Source: Octopus bimaculoides
Taxonomy: Eukaryota
Direction: 5' to 3'
NCBI RefSeq assembly: GCF_001194135.2
Contig: NC_068983.1
Location: 51,887,354-51,944,439, forward strand
DNA: 57,086 bases
Part shown: positions 52,431 through 57,086 of the stretch, one piece after another
Position numbering within the stretch: the stretch's first letter is position 1
How the letters are laid out: each line of letters opens with the position of its first letter
Position numbers and translations under genes: made by a program
The notes under the pieces: generated by a model
Database searches by the model: none
Seen by the model: only the letters and a program-made list of their open reading frames with translations
What the model was told of the DNA's origin: nothing

Positions 52431-52467
<37 letters not shown>

Positions 52468-53881
52468 ATCAAAAAATTGTGCGGCAATAGATTCGGATAT
52501 TACAAAATTCGTAGTCCTGAATAAAAGATATGGATGCGAGAAACAGAATATAAAATGACATCAAAAGAATAAAATTATTTTACAAAGTCTGATACTGAAC
52601 TATCCATATGGAACCGATTGAAATATCAAAATCAACACAAAAGTCATCTCGACGCGAATTTATAGAAATTCAAGCTCCTCGTTTTGTGGTTCAAAGCGTA
52701 TTTGTCTTAGAATTATCTAAAATATTGTTATAATTCGGTATAGGAATTTATTCTTTGCCAAATAAACACACGCAGTATATAATCATTCTTCTCTTCAGCT
52801 GTATTGTACTTATTTTAGAGTGCTTTTGTCTTAAATCTTTCGTCATACATACTCTGATCTCTTCAGCAGCAATATCTATTTCAACACACGAATTCACATC
52901 ACAAAGTTTGAAATTCGTATTCATAAACAAAGTATAAAGAAATTTCAGCTCAAGCACAATGGGTATCATATAGAGGTTGGCCAGCACTCATACCTGTTAG
53001 ATTTCACCAAAGCACACCAGTGTATCTTAAAGGAAGCAGAAACCGATTTTAGACGGCATACGTACTTAGCTAGGCACGTTGCTGGCCTGGTTTCGGTTTT
53101 GTAAAATAATATTTGTATTAATAAAGCCTTGTTTTCAGGCTGTTTTCTGTACAACGCCTTTAACTAGACAATTATCACTTAAAGGGCAGATCCTGGGATC
53201 TTTGAAGTTTCATTCAAGGTTCGGCAGTTATTTCGTTAGGCTTATTGAGAATTTTCATGTTGTGATGCACTGACAAAAGATGTGAGGATTTGATACATAC
53301 ATACATTCATATACATACACGCACAGGCGCACAGACGCATATATGCATACACACATATACATACACATTCTCACACGTGCAAACATACACTGTATGTGTT
53401 TTGCTAAAATCTTTTGCTATGTCTGTGTGTTGGTGCTTCATTTATATTCTCCAATTTCAGTGTTTATTATAGTCTTCCGATTTTCTCACGTTCAGTATAT
53501 GTATATATAATCTGTTTTTATCACGAAGCTATCAAGTTTTCACCTCCTCCATCATTTCAATCCAAGATATATTCGATGCATCATATATATATGATGTTTC
53601 CTCCATCACCTCTGTACCCCTACTTCTACTCTACCCCCTTAAACATAAATGACCATCTCTCTTTTCTCTCTTCCCTTTTCTACCGGTCTTTTTTTCTGAT
53701 TTTTTGCTTTTCTTCACTTCCTTTATTATTAGTATACTTTCATTTCTTTTAATCTCAACTATAATTTTTTAAATTTCAGTTTTAATTTTAGACTTACGTC
53801 TATTTTATTCTATTTTAATTACTATCAATTACTTAATTTCATCTTATTCTACCAATTTGCTTTACTCATACCAAGCGTATA

Positions 53882-54292
53882 CATTAATCCCTCAGCATAC
53901 TGCGCACACACCTATTGTACACACACACTACATCGCGGTTCACCCATTGCGCACTCAGTATATCGCAGATTTTTCTGGCTAATGTATGTAAATTTATTTC
54001 GCCGACTCCTCAGTATATCGCGGATTTCTGCGACCGATTACTTAAGATATATTAACATTAAATACATCGTATACCGTAGATGAGTAAACAAAGAATTGCA
54101 CATACTGTATGGAAAACGAAAGCCGGGTGGCAGGTCTGAGGTATTATTTTGCATTTATATTAAAATAAATATATATACAAATTACAAAAATGATAACAAA
54201 TACATACAGTACAGTACTATTTCTAATTCGCATATTTTCACCCATTCCTAGAGGTTTTGGAACGTAACACTCGCGATAGTCGAGGATCACCG
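53882..54292 (+). mobile_element. Tigger/pogo-type MITE
   Basis: TA at both ends (53880-81, 54293-94). Degenerate TIRs CATTAATCCCTC..CTACATCGCGG and CGCGATAGTCGAGGATCACCG, plus internal repeats of CAGTATATCGC. Confidence 0.6.
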
Positions 54293-54569
54293 TACTTTAT
54301 TTACAAAAAAATGTTCATTTCAACTATTGCTACATACGTTTTTTTTCCCTTATCGTCATTCCCCATTTCAGCCCAATTTTGTGTCTTATTTTAAAAGTTG
54401 TTATCCAATCATATTTATTCATTGACTTGGTATTCATAAACATTTGTAAATACTCACAACTTATAACAGTCCTTCCTTTTTGACAAGTCTGTTTTATTAT
54501 TATCACAGCTGTGTGACTCTAAGTAACAACGGTTTGTGAATGTTACTCCATTTCAGTAAAATGGCATTA

Positions 54570-54608
54570 GATGGAGAGAGAGAGAGAGATGGATAGATAG
54601 AGAGACAT

Positions 54609-54645
<37 letters not shown>

Positions 54646-54750
54646 GAGAGATGGATGGATAGATAGAGAGACATGGATAGATAGATAGATAGAGAGAGAG
54701 AGAGACAGAGACAGGTGGATAGCGAGAGAGATATAGATAGATAGATAGAA
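54570..54750. repeat. Compound (GA)n/(GATA)n microsatellite
   Basis: Direct reading. Confidence 0.95.
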
Positions 54751-54854
54751 AATAAATGGAGCGGCAGAAGCAATATTGATGCCAAAAAGTAAAATATTTT
54801 CCACCCAACAGTGCTTTAGAACACACAAATGCTGCGATATTTACCAAGATATAC

Positions 54855-54900
54855 ACACTGCGACTTCCGCTGTCAGGACTACCAGTTCACGTGATTTTGG
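54855..54900. promoter_or_regulatory. Promoter-like motif cluster (ETS ACTTCCG, ACTACCAGT, E-box TCACGTGA)
   Basis: Three motifs fall within about 35 bp in a locally CpG-richer non-repeat patch. There is no transcript evidence. Confidence 0.25.
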
Positions 54901-56933
54901 CTTCGTTTGACACTATCAATGGCAGATGTCTCACAAATGGAAATAACAGTAACATCCGCACTAGCGATATACAGCGTTTAGTCAATCAATGTTGCCCTTT
55001 CATATCACACCCGAGCCGATTATACCACTGAGCAATAATCTTATCCGATATATTATCTATTTCTTGTATACTCCTGCATATAATAATTCAGCCTTCATAC
55101 ACATGCTGGAATGACTTAATATCAACGGCTGGAATATCTTTGATGAAAAATCGGACAGGGGATGAACTAGGCAAAACAAGAAAACTATGAAAATAATTAG
55201 CTTCGAGTTTCAGATTTAATGGGATAGAACTGAAGGAAAGGGATTTTCGAGCTAGCTTCTCTTTCTATTCGATAATATTGATTTCCCTTGTGTAGATACA
55301 AACTCAGTTTTGGGAGGTGACATGCAACATCGATGTAATTAGATTACTACTCTACTGATATTTAATTCATCAAACAAGTGGAAATGAAAAAGCATACACG
55401 AATACACTCGAGACTAACGAATACAAGTGTAGCCTGTTATTATTACAAATTAGAGCTCTACCTTATATGAACCCATATAAACCAATTGAAAATACTATTA
55501 CACGTCACGTGGAGCCAATGTCTACATCATGAAACATAATCGGCAATGTAAAACATGTAATACTTTCCAATAAGTGCTAGACGGAAACTTAAACTGCTAA
55601 AGTAGCGTCCAAATCGAACTCAGGTATCAGCTAATAGATCATTTTTTTATAATGGAGTCTTTGATATGATATATAAAAAAAGAGATAACTACAAATGTTT
55701 TTTTCTATGATATGGGCAAGCACCACCAAAAGCTTTTTGTATTTGCTTTACAAAATCATTGGCAAGAATTTGTGTGTTGAAATAAAACTTGTTCAGTCTT
55801 GGGAGGGTCATTGCGCCAACAATAATAATATATGCACTGGTTTGATATTACTATTTTATTGTTAGTCAATTGGTTATATGTCTAACCAATTAAATAATCG
55901 ATCGGTTTCATTAAAGTGTTGCTCAAACAACAAATCGATTGCCTTTCAGTCGAAGTTTTTTCGTCGCAATTTTTGATAACCTTTTCGATAACTTACCCAC
56001 TTTCTTCAAGCTCTTCTCTGAATCTGTTGGTTACTTATTTACATATTTAACCAATTGCATATCAATAAATAAGGGATATTGAATCAGTGATTGTGTTATT
56101 ATTGGCGTAATGATCCTTACAAGACAAACAAAAACTAAACCACTTAGAATAAAAAGGGTTCCAGCAAGACATATTATCACAGCCTATACTAATGATACTG
56201 TTAGGGGTAATAATTCAAATTCCTCGTGTAATGAATATTTGTCTCTAGAATTAGTTAACTTCACATAGCATATCAATCCGGAATATCAAATTAACCTGAA
56301 TACGTCTGATCGACTATATAATATACATTATGCAGGGAAAGAAAGACAAAAGAACAGTAACACAGTGAGTAGCGGGCAGACAGACGAAAACAGAGACGTA
56401 AAGAAAAACAGAAAGTTTGATAGCTATAGCAGTTTGAATATTTCCCCTACAAATTGTGCTTTCGTGAGACATTAAATACAAGAGAAAACTGTTTTACTTT
56501 TTCGATGTCATGAACGAAGTAGATCTATATTGTACCATTGTTTATTATCCCTAATACCTGTCAATGTGTCATTTAGTGTTAACCAGGCGTAGCCTATTCG
56601 AATTACATTGTCGGCCACTTAATAGCAGAACGGTTTTTTTTGACGGCTGCTTGTATACCGACAAAGTTGGGCTCTCATTCGTTTTTCCAATCCCAACAAT
56701 GGTATTGGTTACGTGGGATATGTCTAACTGTTTTTGAAATTTGTTTACTTATTATCTAGACTCGAATGGCCTACCTGGTTCTCTTCTTGACTAAAGAATA
56801 AGGACTAGACCTGAAAAAGCCCAAACATGGTGAAATTCTCACATGAAAGCAACACGCCAATCAAACCATACTGTGATCGGATGAATTATTTAAAACCTAT
56901 TGAGCGTAGTATATATATATATATACCAATGTG

Positions 56934-57075
56934 TAACTGGTACTTATTTAATCGACCCCGAAAGGATGAAACGCAAAGTGGGCTTCGGCGGAATTAGAAC
57001 TCAGAACGCAGCGGCAGAGGAAATACCGCTAAGCATTTTTGCCTGGCGTGCTAACGATTCTGCCAGCTCACCGCT
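56934..57075 (-). mobile_element. SINE family 'A' copy (well preserved 5' part)
   Basis: Minus strand GCGGTGAGCTGGCAGAATCGTTAGCACGCCAGGC…GTTCTGAGTTCTAATTCCGCCGAAG…TTTCATCCTTTCGGGGTCGATTAAATAAGTACCAGT. Confidence 0.9.
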
Positions 57076-57086
57076 TTTTATTTATA

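Overview
Eukaryotic, AT-rich, gap-ridden genomic DNA. The tRNA-derived SINE families, compound TA/TG/GATA microsatellites and Penelope-type relics suggest a coleoid cephalopod (Octopus-like); this is an inference, not a database match. I found no intact host protein-coding gene, rRNA, true tRNA gene or CRISPR array, and most ORFs in the track are microsatellite or N-gap artefacts. Recognisable coding relics are all from transposons: a Penelope-like GIY-YIG endonuclease C-terminus (45.5-46.1 kb), three Dong/R4-type RLE retrotransposon fragments (14.2, 15.7 and 31.5-32.1 kb), a mariner C-terminus (9.6 kb) and a Tigger/pogo C-terminus (18.2-18.8 kb). There are about 15 SINE copies, including a head-to-tail trimer. 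The most interesting signal is a set of minimal type-I hammerhead ribozyme (HHR) motifs from about five unrelated repeat families. One family appears twice (37 kb and 42.4 kb) as a head-to-head palindrome of a tRNA-like Pol III head, an (AAT)n linker and an HHR-bearing tail. Every individual HHR copy carries core mutations, so any activity is inferred only for the reconstructed consensus. A few short candidate exons and a promoter-like motif cluster near 53-57 kb are low confidence.
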